The position numbers and the translations under genes are program-made. Positions 10,649-18,712 of a stretch of DNA of 32,000 nt are shown one piece after another. The notes beneath the pieces are model-generated. The model worked only from the letters and a program-made list of their open reading frames with translations, made no database searches and was not told the origin of the DNA. How positions within the stretch are numbered: position 1 is the first letter of the stretch; every line of letters begins with the position of its first letter. Source of the DNA: Candidatus Saganbacteria bacterium (GTDB taxonomy: Bacteria; Margulisbacteria; WOR-1; JAKLHX01); contig JAPLKZ010000004.1 of NCBI GenBank assembly GCA_026387835.1, positions 92,983-124,982 of the forward strand, given 5' to 3'.

Positions 10649-10762
10649 TTATTTAAATCGTCCTGTCATCAACAATATTGTATAAACGATCGACATTCCG
10701 ATCAGATAAACGGCACCGAATATGAAGACTATTACTACTATCCCTGCAATAATACTTATCAT
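10649..10762 (-). CDS. 37-aa single-TM membrane micro-ORF at the head of the kdp operon (missing from the ORF track)
   Basis: MISIIAGIVVIVFIFGAVYLIGMSIVYTILLMTGRFK, preceded by AGGATTTATCC. Same strand as kdpF and 40 nt upstream of it. Confidence 0.55.
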   Translation of the reverse strand: MISIIAGIVVIVFIFGAVYLIGMSIVYTILLMTGRFK

Positions 10763-10817
10763 GGATAAATCCTATCATCGTGTCAAGTCAAATTGGAGTA
10801 AAAAGGCAATCTCAACC

Positions 10818-10837
10818 CGTAAAAATAGCGTAAAATA
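10818..10837. promoter_or_regulatory. Candidate response-regulator (KdpE) direct-repeat box upstream of kdp
   Basis: CGTAAAAATA G CGTAAAATA: two half-sites with an 11-bp repeat period, about 55 bp upstream of the first kdp-strand micro-ORF. Confidence 0.35.
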
Positions 10838-10865
10838 CCAAGGATATTTGTTCGAATGTTTATAG

Positions 10866-10939
10866 TGGCTGCGGGACTAGGATTCGAACCTAGACAGCCA
10901 GCTTCAGAGACTGGCGTCCTACCATTAGACGATCCCGCA
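10866..10939 (-). tRNA. tRNA-Gln (anticodon CTG), CCA encoded
   Basis: TGCGGGATCGTCTAATGGTAGGACGCCAGTCTCTGAAGCTGGCTGTCTAGGTTCGAATCCTAGTCCCGCAGCCA folds into a cloverleaf. Acceptor TGCGGGA/TCCCGCA, anticodon loop CTCTGAA, T-arm CTAGG TTCGAAT CCTAG. Confidence 0.97.
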
Positions 10940-10944
10940 AAGAG

Positions 10945-11034
10945 AATTACTAATGACTAATGCTTAATGACTAATGAAGGAGTAATTATTTAATAATAAT
11001 ATTTTCATTAATTAGACATTAGTCATTAGTAATT
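10945..11034. repeat. Imperfect palindromic block built on TAATGAC/GTCATTA units
   Basis: AATTACTAATGACTAATG (10945-10962) is the perfect reverse complement of CATTAGTCATTAGTAATT (11017-11034). Confidence 0.9.
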
Positions 11035-11044
11035 AGTCATTTTA
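11008..11044. repeat. Direct repeat copy A flanking the four-helix-bundle gene
   Basis: TTAATTAGACATTAGTCATTAGTAATTAGTCATTTTA, 33/37 identical to copy B. Confidence 0.85.
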
Positions 11045-11062
11045 TTGAACAAGAATATTATA

Positions 11063-11413
11063 TCAGGATTTCGACTTACGTATAATCGCGGCAAGTATCA
11101 ATATAATCTCGCGGCATTCACTTGTAATGTTTTCAAGTTCTTTTTTGTTATCAGCATTGTTAATTAATTCGGCTTCTTTCATTATTTTAAGCCAATATTC
11201 GGTTTCCTGAGCCTCCTTTTTTGCTATAAAGACTTTATTGATAAAATCTTTCTTTGAACAGGCTGAATCGGCTTCAGTCATATTCGCTCCGATAGATGCG
11301 GCGCTCCTTAAAAGCTGATCATTGATAATGTTTATTGAGGGGTTCTTTGAAATACGTTTTATAAACTTAACTATTTGTACCGCAAACCGCAACGTCCTAT
11401 CCTGTATTTCCAT
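11063..11413 (-). CDS. Four-helix bundle protein (S23 / 23S rRNA intervening-sequence protein family)
   Basis: LRFAVQIVKFIKRI...LLRSAASIGANMTEADSACSKKDFINKVFIAKKEAQETEYWLKIMKEAELI matches the canonical family motif. Confidence 0.92.
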   Translation of the reverse strand: MEIQDRTLRFAVQIVKFIKRISKNPSINIINDQLLRSAASIGANMTEADSACSKKDFINKVFIAKKEAQETEYWLKIMKEAELINNADNKKELENITSECREIILILAAIIRKSKS

Positions 11414-11429
11414 TTTACAATGATTTTCC

Positions 11430-11466
11430 TTAATTAGTTATTAGTCATTAGAAATTAGTCATTCTA
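11430..11466. repeat. Direct repeat copy B flanking the four-helix-bundle gene
   Basis: TTAATTAGTTATTAGTCATTAGAAATTAGTCATTCTA, 33/37 identical to 11008-11044. Confidence 0.85.
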
Positions 11467-11712
11467 CACCGGCGGTTTCCACCATTGCGGCTGTGCGATC
11501 AGAATATATGCTCCGTATAACAATATAATAGCCGCAGCTGCTGCAAAAACCCAAAAATTAATGTCGCGTTTCCTGCCGTTCTTTACCATGACAGCTGTGG
11601 CAATGAATGCTATAAGCGAAAGTATTATCAAAGCGGAACCTTTAAATACCGGACTTTCGCTTATATACCTTATTATTTTAGAGCCGGTCTCAAAATCGAT
11701 GAATTTTAACAT
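11464..11712 (-). CDS. Small membrane protein of unknown function (2-3 TM helices)
   Basis: 82-aa ORF with hydrophobic segments GSALIILSLIAFIATAVMV and FWVFAAAAAIILLYGAYILIA. Divergent from nadB. Confidence 0.55.
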   Translation of the reverse strand: MLKFIDFETGSKIIRYISESPVFKGSALIILSLIAFIATAVMVKNGRKRDINFWVFAAAAAIILLYGAYILIAQPQWWKPPV

Positions 11713-11741
11713 GTTCTTATAATGATATAATACATCTAATA

Positions 11742-13340
11742 ATGAAAGTTTTCAATTGTGATTTTCTTGTTGTCGGCGGAGGCATTTCAGGCCTGAGAGC
11801 GGCGCTCACGGCATCTAAATTCGGACAGGTCATACTGCTTACCAAGGGGAAGACCGAAGAGACCGCGACGGAAAAAGCGCAGGGAGGCATCGCGGCGGCT
11901 ATCGACAAAGAAAAAGATTCCACCACCTTCCACCTTGAAGACACCCTTTCAGCCGGAGCGGGCCTCTGTGACAGCGATGCCGTAAAAGTCCTTGTCAACG
12001 ACGGAGTTGAAAGGGTGAAAGAGCTCATCGAAATGGGCGCTGATTTTGACCGCACGCCTTCGGGTTTCGAGCTCAATATCGAAGGCGCCCACAGAAGGCG
12101 AAGGATACTGCATGCCGGCGACTACACCGGAAGCGAGATCGCCAAGACCCTTGCGGCAAAGGCCATCAAAGAAAAGAATATCAGGGTGATGAACTTTGTA
12201 TTCGGAAAAGATCTTCTCGTAAAGGACGGAAAATGCTGCGGGATAGATGCTTTTGACGCGAAGACCGATGAACTTATGAGATTTCTTGCTCCGGCGACCA
12301 TCCTTTCGACCGGCGGTGTCTGCCAGATCTATCTTTACACCACCAATCCCGAATTTGCCACGGGTGACGGCATTGCAATGGCCTATAGAGCGGGAGCAGA
12401 ACTTAGCGATATGGAATTCGTCCAGTTCCACCCTACCGCTCTTGTCCAGTTCAAAGGCCTCGGCGAAGAGGTCGCTTTCCCTCAATTCTTGATATCTGAA
12501 GCTGTCCGCGGCGAAGGCGCTCTGCTTCTGAACAAGCACGGAGAACGCTTCATGGATAAATATCATATACAGGCCGAGCTTGCTCCGAGAGATATCGTCT
12601 CAAGGGCCATATACGACGAGATGAAAAAGACCGATTCGGACCACGTGCATCTCAATCTTTCCGGGATAGACCCTGAAAAAGTAAAAAAACGTTTCCCGAC
12701 CATTTACAGGACCTGTAAAGAAGCAGGCATGGACCTCACAGCCGATGATATCCCTGTGGCTCCCGCGGCGCATTATTTCATGGGCGGGATAAGGACAGAT
12801 CTTGAAGCAAGGACAAATATAAAAGGCTTGTGGGCTGCGGGAGAAGTGATGTCATCGGGAGTACATGGCGCGAACCGTTTAGCAAGTAATTCGCTATTGG
12901 AAGGAGTCGTTTTCGGTCATAGAGCGGCGTTGTCGGCAAAAGAGTATCTAAATGCTCTACCCGAACCTGAACGGTTCGGCTCTGATAAACCGGAGCCGAC
13001 TCGTTTAGAGTCGGGTAATATTAAAAGAGGTTTATTAAATGATCTTTCCAAACATCGCCATTTCATTAAAAAGCTGATGTGGGACAACGTAGGGATAATC
13101 AGGACCGGCATGGGACTTGAAAAAGCCGTAAAAGAATTGACTCTGCTTGAAAAAGCTCTTGATCATGATCCGATGACCGTTCAGGAAAGAGAATTGAAGA
13201 ATATGGCCCTTGTGGGAAGACTGATCAGCCAGGCGGCCCTGGACAGGAAAGAATCAAGGGGAGCGCATTTCAGGACGGATCATTCTGAAAGAGATGATAA
13301 GAACTGGAAGAAACACCTCATTTACCGGTCTCGCGTTTGA
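11742..13340 (+). CDS. nadB: L-aspartate oxidase
   Basis: FAD-binding GGGISGLRAAL, AQGGIAAAI, HTLSAGAGLCD, HGANRLASNSLLEG, SRGAHFRTD. Confidence 0.95.
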   Translation: MKVFNCDFLVVGGGISGLRAALTASKFGQVILLTKGKTEETATEKAQGGIAAAIDKEKDSTTFHLEDTLSAGAGLCDSDAVKVLVNDGVERVKELIEMGADFDRTPSGFELNIEGAHRRRRILHAGDYTGSEIAKTLAAKAIKEKNIRVMNFVFGKDLLVKDGKCCGIDAFDAKTDELMRFLAPATILSTGGVCQIYLYTTNPEFATGDGIAMAYRAGAELSDMEFVQFHPTALVQFKGLGEEVAFPQFLISEAVRGEGALLLNKHGERFMDKYHIQAELAPRDIVSRAIYDEMKKTDSDHVHLNLSGIDPEKVKKRFPTIYRTCKEAGMDLTADDIPVAPAAHYFMGGIRTDLEARTNIKGLWAAGEVMSSGVHGANRLASNSLLEGVVFGHRAALSAKEYLNALPEPERFGSDKPEPTRLESGNIKRGLLNDLSKHRHFIKKLMWDNVGIIRTGMGLEKAVKELTLLEKALDHDPMTVQERELKNMALVGRLISQAALDRKESRGAHFRTDHSERDDKNWKKHLIYRSRV

Positions 13341-13854
13341 ACTCGCCCGGCTTTAGATCGTCGAGCTTATAGGGTCCGACTGCTATCCTGACCAGCCGGA
13401 GGCATGGCAGGCCTACTGCAGCCGTCATCTTTCTTACCTGCCTATTACGCCCTTCAGTGACCGATATTTCAAGCCAGGAAGCGGGGATTGTTTTCCGGTA
13501 CCTTACCGGTTTTGATCTTTCCCATAATACCGGTTCGCCGATCATCCTGACCCTGGCAGGAAGAGTTTTTTTTCCTTCAATGATGATCCCTCTTGCAATT
13601 TTATCGATCTGCACTTTTTCCGGGATGCCTTCGACCTGCGCTATATAGGTCTTGAGTTTTTTGCAGAGCGGGTCGGTCAGGTTATGGAGAAGATCTCCGT
13701 TATTTGAAAGAACGACAAGCCCTTCGCTGTCAAGGTCGAGCCTGCCTGCGGGATAGATATCCGGGATGTCCAGATAGTTTTTTAAAGTCGGACGGCCCTG
13801 TTTGTCGGTGAACTGGCACAAGACACCGTAAGGTTTATTAAAGAGGATAATGAT
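13318..13854 (-). CDS. RluE-like 23S rRNA pseudouridine synthase; non-canonical start suspected
   Basis: YPAGRLDLDSEGLVVLSNNG, GRNRQVRKMTAAVGLPCLRLVR. In-frame upstream sequence IIILFNKPYGVLCQF is the conserved N-terminus, but the track starts at TTG 13821. The 5' end at 13854 is approximate. Confidence 0.85.
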   Translation of the reverse strand: MIILFNKPYGVLCQFTDKQGRPTLKNYLDIPDIYPAGRLDLDSEGLVVLSNNGDLLHNLTDPLCKKLKTYIAQVEGIPEKVQIDKIARGIIIEGKKTLPARVRMIGEPVLWERSKPVRYRKTIPASWLEISVTEGRNRQVRKMTAAVGLPCLRLVRIAVGPYKLDDLKPGEFKRETGK

Positions 13855-13861
13855 CCTTTTA

Positions 13862-15388
13862 TCACTTCGGATAGATCCTTACCTTCCTGTTAGGTTCCTC
13901 GCCAACCGACTGCGCCTTCATATTATGACGCTCTATCAGCTGATGCTGAAGACGCCTGATATAGGAGTTCTGGGGGGACAGGTCGATGGTTTTGCGCGTA
14001 TTCTTGACCTCCTCGACAGCTTCTTCCACCTCGGACACGGCTGTCTTTTCTATCTCATCCTGGTCCGGAGATATCTTGAAAAAATTCTTCAGGAACCTTG
14101 TCACCTGGTTCGCCGTGCCGCCTTTCAGGACATGAAGCGGAATTTTATGACTGCCGGCAAGCTTCACTATCTTCGGGTCCGCCGAAGCTTTGGCCCTTGT
14201 GGTTATGATGATATCGGCATCATCGAGATTGTCGACCACGGAAGCAGGCACGTTTACCGCGTTTATCACCCTGTTCACCCTGCTGTTGTTCATGCCGTAA
14301 GCGTAGATCTTTGTCTCGTTGTCCTGTTTTTCTTCAATCGTTTTTTCTATCTCCTCGTCGCTGATCTCCGGCATCGGCTCGATCGCTTTCTGTTTTATCT
14401 CGATCTTCCCGTCGGCTTTCCTGACCCTGACCTCCGGCGTCGGGATCCTTCCCCGGAGGAACTGGTCAACGGCTGAGGCAGTGTCTTTATAGATCGCCAT
14501 CACATCGCGCTCCCTGATCTCGACCACAGTGTCAAAGGTGGGAGGGGCTTTTCTTTCAAGTACCGCTTTTTGCGTCCTTCTTCTCTTTGCTTCTTCATCG
14601 CCGAGGATCACTGTCTGTATGCCTCCGGCAAGATCGCTGAGAGTGGGATTTGAGATAAGGTTCTCAAGCGTCTGGCCGTGAGCGGTCCCGATAAGGACGA
14701 CACCTCTTTCCGCGATCGTCCTTGCCGCTTCCGCCTCCGCCTCGGTCCCTATTTCGTCGATGATTATCACTTCCGGCATGTGGTTCTCCACGGCTTCAAT
14801 CATGACAGCATGCTGTTTTTCCGGTGAAGGCACCTGCATCCTCCGGGCTTTGCCGATTCCTTCGTGGGGGATATCGCCGTCGCCGGCGATCTCGTTGCTG
14901 GTGTCCACCACTATGACGCGCTTGCCCAGCTCTCCGCTGAGGACGCGCGCGGCTTCGCGCAGTTTTGTCGTCTTCCCTATACCAGGAGGCCCCATGAACA
15001 AGATGCTTTTATTGGATTTGATAATGTCCTTTATGATGTCGATCGTACCGTAGGCCGCCCTGCCCACCCTGCATGTCAGGCCGATTATCTTTCCTGTCCT
15101 GTTCCTTATGGCGGATATCCTGTGGAGAGTCCTTTCTATCCCTGCCCTGTTGTCCGACGTGAACATGCCCACTTTTGAAGAAATATGGTCGATGTCCTCC
15201 TGTTTTACGAATTCATCCTCCAGGTAAAATACTTTTTTTTCAAAACGGACCTCCGGCATCTTTCCTAGGTCGAGGATGACTTCTATCATGTCGGAAAAAT
15301 CAACGGATGAATATATCTTGTCTTTTATGCGGGAGGGAAGCACTTCCAGGAGCGTCTTAATAGCATCTGAGATCTTGATCTCGGCCAC
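13862..15388 (-). CDS. AAA ATPase (SpoIIIAA/Ycf45-like) with C-terminal R3H nucleic-acid-binding domain
   Basis: Walker A GPPGIGKTTKLREAARVL, Walker B PEVIIIDEIGTEAEAEAARTIAERGVVLIGTAHG, C-terminal R3H-like RRLQHQLIERHNMKAQSVGEEPNRKVRIYPK. Confidence 0.85.
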   Translation of the reverse strand: MAEIKISDAIKTLLEVLPSRIKDKIYSSVDFSDMIEVILDLGKMPEVRFEKKVFYLEDEFVKQEDIDHISSKVGMFTSDNRAGIERTLHRISAIRNRTGKIIGLTCRVGRAAYGTIDIIKDIIKSNKSILFMGPPGIGKTTKLREAARVLSGELGKRVIVVDTSNEIAGDGDIPHEGIGKARRMQVPSPEKQHAVMIEAVENHMPEVIIIDEIGTEAEAEAARTIAERGVVLIGTAHGQTLENLISNPTLSDLAGGIQTVILGDEEAKRRRTQKAVLERKAPPTFDTVVEIRERDVMAIYKDTASAVDQFLRGRIPTPEVRVRKADGKIEIKQKAIEPMPEISDEEIEKTIEEKQDNETKIYAYGMNNSRVNRVINAVNVPASVVDNLDDADIIITTRAKASADPKIVKLAGSHKIPLHVLKGGTANQVTRFLKNFFKISPDQDEIEKTAVSEVEEAVEEVKNTRKTIDLSPQNSYIRRLQHQLIERHNMKAQSVGEEPNRKVRIYPK

Positions 15389-15667
15389 TTATTTTCCTCT
15401 GACGGCCTTTTTAAGGTTGAACCCTGCCACAAAAGTAGGGCACTTGGTCATCGGGATCTCGATCTTTTCGCCTGTGCGGGGGTTCCTGCCGACCCTTCCT
15501 TTGCGGTTCTTTACCGTGAAGTTGCCGAACCCGACAAGCCGGACTTTTTCGCCTTTCACAAGGGCCTCTGTCATGAACGCGACCGCCGATTCAAGCATCT
15601 CTTCCATCTTTGATCTTTTACCGTCAAACTTTTTTGCGAGCTTATCGGCCAACTGTTTTTGGTTCAT
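15389..15667 (-). CDS. HU/IHF family DNA-binding protein
   Basis: MNQKQLADKLAKKF...VRLVGFGNFTVKNRKGRVGRNPRTGEKIEIP, the classical HU/IHF signature. Confidence 0.95.
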   Translation of the reverse strand: MNQKQLADKLAKKFDGKRSKMEEMLESAVAFMTEALVKGEKVRLVGFGNFTVKNRKGRVGRNPRTGEKIEIPMTKCPTFVAGFNLKKAVRGK

Positions 15668-15685
15668 GTTTTACCACCTCTTTTA

Positions 15686-16615
15686 TTATACAGCAAAACA
15701 CCGGCATTTTTTATTCAGAAGCTCCCACTTCTCGTCAAGCTCTTTTTGTATCCGGTCAAGCAGTTCCTTGTTCCCCGGCTTGAACAGGTGCCTGAACCTT
15801 GACTGGGGTTTCATAAAATCTACGAGCTGCTTCTTTTCTTTAGGCGTGTAATTCAGTTTATATTTGCCGTTCTCCACCTCATATAACGGCCAGAAGCAGG
15901 TGTCAACGGCCAGTTTTCCCATCTCGACGGTCTTGTCCATCGGATATCCCCAGCCCAGCTGGCAGGGCTGAAGTACGTTCAGGAACTTCGGCCCCCTGAT
16001 GGACATCGCTTTTTCCACCTTTTTCGTAAGGTCCATCCAGTTACCACAAACGCTTTGGGCGGCATACGGGATATTGTGTGCGACCATTATTTCGGTCAGG
16101 TCTTTGCGCCACATCCTTTTTCCCTGCTGTACCTTCCCGGCAGGTTCTGTCGTCGTGTTCGCACCTATCGGGGTCGCGCCGGAGCGCTGGATCGAGGTGT
16201 TCATGTATGCCTGATTGTCATAACACACGTAAAGGATATCATGGCCTCTTTCCATAGCCCCTGAAAGCGCTTGAAAACCTATATCGTACGTGCCTCCGTC
16301 GCCTCCGAAAGCTATAAACCTTATCTCATCACTGAGTTTGCCCTGTCTTTTCAATGACTTGTATGCCGCCTCGATACCCGATATTGATGCTCCGGCATTC
16401 TCAAACGCGCTGTGTAAGAACGGGGTCTTCCAGGCTGAATATGGAAATATTGTGGTCGAGACCTCAAGACATCCCGTCGCGCACGTTACCACTACCGGCT
16501 CTTTTACCGCCATAAGGACCTGCCGCACTATTATCGGGGCCCCGCAGCCGGGACACATCCTGTGTCCTCCGGTAAGGCGGTCTTCTCTTGATGCAAGCTC
16601 CTTTAATGTTGCCAT
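15686..16615 (-). CDS. porB: Pyruvate (2-oxoacid):ferredoxin oxidoreductase beta subunit
   Basis: HRMCPGCGAPIIVRQVL, TPP-binding GDGGTYDIGFQALSGAMERGHDILYVCYDNQAYMNT. Confidence 0.93.
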   Translation of the reverse strand: MATLKELASREDRLTGGHRMCPGCGAPIIVRQVLMAVKEPVVVTCATGCLEVSTTIFPYSAWKTPFLHSAFENAGASISGIEAAYKSLKRQGKLSDEIRFIAFGGDGGTYDIGFQALSGAMERGHDILYVCYDNQAYMNTSIQRSGATPIGANTTTEPAGKVQQGKRMWRKDLTEIMVAHNIPYAAQSVCGNWMDLTKKVEKAMSIRGPKFLNVLQPCQLGWGYPMDKTVEMGKLAVDTCFWPLYEVENGKYKLNYTPKEKKQLVDFMKPQSRFRHLFKPGNKELLDRIQKELDEKWELLNKKCRCFAV

Positions 16616-17839
16616 TTATCTTACTCCTTTGTAACTTACGACTTGTTTGACCGGCTCGCCCTGCGCGGCTTTGTTGGTTTCCTCGATTATCTTGATCTTG
16701 CCGACGGATGAGATCGCCTTCAGGTCTTCGACGATCTCATTCAGATGGGACTGTGTTACTTCTCTCCCGCCGAGACCGCATATATAATCGGCTACAAGAG
16801 GCCTTTTTGACCTTTCATAAAGCGCGCATTTTATCTCCTCAAAAAGAGGCCCGCCTTTTGCCGCGTAGCCGTCACACCTGTCTATCACTGCTATAGCTTT
16901 GATGTTTTCAAGAGCGTCCGCTATCTCTTTTTCCGGGAACGGCCTGAATACTCTCAGTTTTAACAGGCCGATCTTGACCCCTTTTGCCCTGTATTCATTT
17001 ACGACTTCTTTCATCGAGCCTGCTACGGACCCCATGCATACTACAGCGATATCAGCGTCATCGAGCATATATTTTTCATAATATCCGTACTCTCTGCCGA
17101 ATTTTTTTCCGAAATCTTTCCCGACCTCAAGGATGATCTTGCCTGCATTCCTCATAGCTTCGGCTGCCTGCATCTTGTGCTCAAAATAATAATTCTGAAG
17201 GTCCAAAGCACCTATGGTGACGGGGTTCTTTAGATCCAGAAGGTTTGTGTAAGCGGGGAATTTCCCGACATAGTCTTTTACAACATTATCATCAAGCATC
17301 TCGATCTTCTCCAGGCAATGGCTGATTATGAACCCGTCCGTCGTCACCATCACGGGAAGTCTCACATCAGTGTGTTCCGCTATCTTGACGGCCTGGAGCA
17401 GATTGTCATACGCTTCCTGGCTGTTCTCGGAGAATATCTGTATCCATCCGAAATCCCTTGCCGCCATCGTGTCGCTGTGGTCGTTGTGGATGTTGATCGG
17501 GCCGCTCAAAGCCCTGTTCACCTCGGGCATCACTATCGGGAGCCTGAGCGCGGAAGCGATCGGCAGCATCTCGTACATAAGGGCGAGTCCCTGGGATGAT
17601 GTCCCCGTCATGGCCCTCGCGCCGGCCGCGGATGCCGCTATAGTCGCGCTCATCGCGGAATGCTCGCTCTCCACCGCGACATACTCCGTGTTCACGAGCC
17701 CGTCAGCCACGAACTGGGAAAAGATCATGACGATCTCTGTCGCCGGTGTTATCGGATAAGCCGCGACCACATCGGGATTTATCTGGCGCATGGCCTCCGC
17801 CATCGCCTCGTTGCCTGTCTTTGCCGCGATTTGAACCAT
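16616..17839 (-). CDS. porA: Pyruvate (2-oxoacid):ferredoxin oxidoreductase alpha subunit
   Basis: TGNEAMAEAMRQINPDVVAAYPITPATEIV, VESEHSAMSATIAASAAGARAMTGTSSQGLALM. Confidence 0.95.
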   Translation of the reverse strand: MVQIAAKTGNEAMAEAMRQINPDVVAAYPITPATEIVMIFSQFVADGLVNTEYVAVESEHSAMSATIAASAAGARAMTGTSSQGLALMYEMLPIASALRLPIVMPEVNRALSGPINIHNDHSDTMAARDFGWIQIFSENSQEAYDNLLQAVKIAEHTDVRLPVMVTTDGFIISHCLEKIEMLDDNVVKDYVGKFPAYTNLLDLKNPVTIGALDLQNYYFEHKMQAAEAMRNAGKIILEVGKDFGKKFGREYGYYEKYMLDDADIAVVCMGSVAGSMKEVVNEYRAKGVKIGLLKLRVFRPFPEKEIADALENIKAIAVIDRCDGYAAKGGPLFEEIKCALYERSKRPLVADYICGLGGREVTQSHLNEIVEDLKAISSVGKIKIIEETNKAAQGEPVKQVVSYKGVR

Positions 17840-17840
17840 T

Positions 17841-18155
17841 TTACTTTTCCTCCTTGACCAGTTGGACGGCTTTTACCGGCTTCACGGGGCAGACGTCAAC
17901 GCAGATCCCGCAGCCTTTGCAGTAACGGTAATCTATCCCGTCAAATTTGCCGTCTTTCACTTTTACCGCGCTGTCCGGGCAATAAATATAACAGAACAGG
18001 CAGTTGATGCAGAGCTTGTCGTCTTTTACCGGCCTGGACGTCCTCCAGTCTCCGGTCTCAAATTCCGCCGCGGTCCCCGCCTTTAACTCGTCGCCCAGCG
18101 GGAGTTCCTTCCATCCCAGTTCTTTCGCCATCTTATTCTCCCTTCGCTTCTTCAA
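17841..18155 (-). CDS. porD: Pyruvate:ferredoxin oxidoreductase delta (ferredoxin-like) subunit
   Basis: Two CxxCxxCxxxCP clusters: CINCLFCYIYCPD and CKGCGICVDVCP. Confidence 0.93.
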   Translation of the reverse strand: MKKRRENKMAKELGWKELPLGDELKAGTAAEFETGDWRTSRPVKDDKLCINCLFCYIYCPDSAVKVKDGKFDGIDYRYCKGCGICVDVCPVKPVKAVQLVKEEK

Positions 18156-18711
18156 AAGCCCGTTTCACGGCGTTCAGGTTGCCTTCGATCACTTCGGGTT
18201 TTGAGGCGAATTTCTTCGCCAGTTTTTTCTTAAGGTCTTCGATCAGAAGATCTATGTCAAGGATATTTGAAGCCTTGATCAATGCCCCCAGCATCGGCGT
18301 GTTGGGTATATCTCTGCCGATTGTTTCCTTCGAGATCTTTGAAGCATCCACCGTAAATATCTTTCTTCCTTTAAGATTTATCTTGGAGCGGACAGATACG
18401 GCCGTATCGCCTGTGTTCACTATAAGTATGCCGTCATCTTTCAACCCTTTTGTCACATCGACCTTTCCCATAAGGGTAGGGTCAAGGACAAGCACGATGC
18501 CTGGCTCGGTTATCCCGTAATGCACGGTGATCGGGTCCCCGCTTATCCTGTTGAAAGAAGCGACCGGGGCTCCCATCCTTTCCGGGCCGTATTCGGGAAA
18601 TGCCTGGATGTGCTTTCCAAGGCTCATGGCAGCGTCTCCCAGAAGAAGAGCCGCCGTCTTAGCTCCCTGGCCTCCCCTTCCGTGCCAGCGTATCTCGGTC
18701 ATGTTTTTCAT
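18133..18711 (-). CDS. porG: Pyruvate:ferredoxin oxidoreductase gamma subunit
   Basis: MKNMTEIRWHGRGGQGAKTAALLLGDAAM. The start is placed at ATG 18711, preceded by GGAAAGGTGG, rather than the track start 18759. Confidence 0.93.
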   Translation of the reverse strand: MKNMTEIRWHGRGGQGAKTAALLLGDAAMSLGKHIQAFPEYGPERMGAPVASFNRISGDPITVHYGITEPGIVLVLDPTLMGKVDVTKGLKDDGILIVNTGDTAVSVRSKINLKGRKIFTVDASKISKETIGRDIPNTPMLGALIKASNILDIDLLIEDLKKKLAKKFASKPEVIEGNLNAVKRAFEEAKGE

Positions 18712-18712
18712 T

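Noticed and set aside
10763-10865. Possible c-di-AMP (ydaO-type) riboswitch upstream of kdp.
   Set aside because: The roughly 100-nt AT-rich spacer is too short and lacks recognisable conserved cores of that class.
13850-14476. 208-aa plus-strand ORF antisense to the R3H/AAA ATPase.
   Set aside because: The minus frame carries clear Walker and R3H motifs. The antisense frame is a by-product of codon usage.
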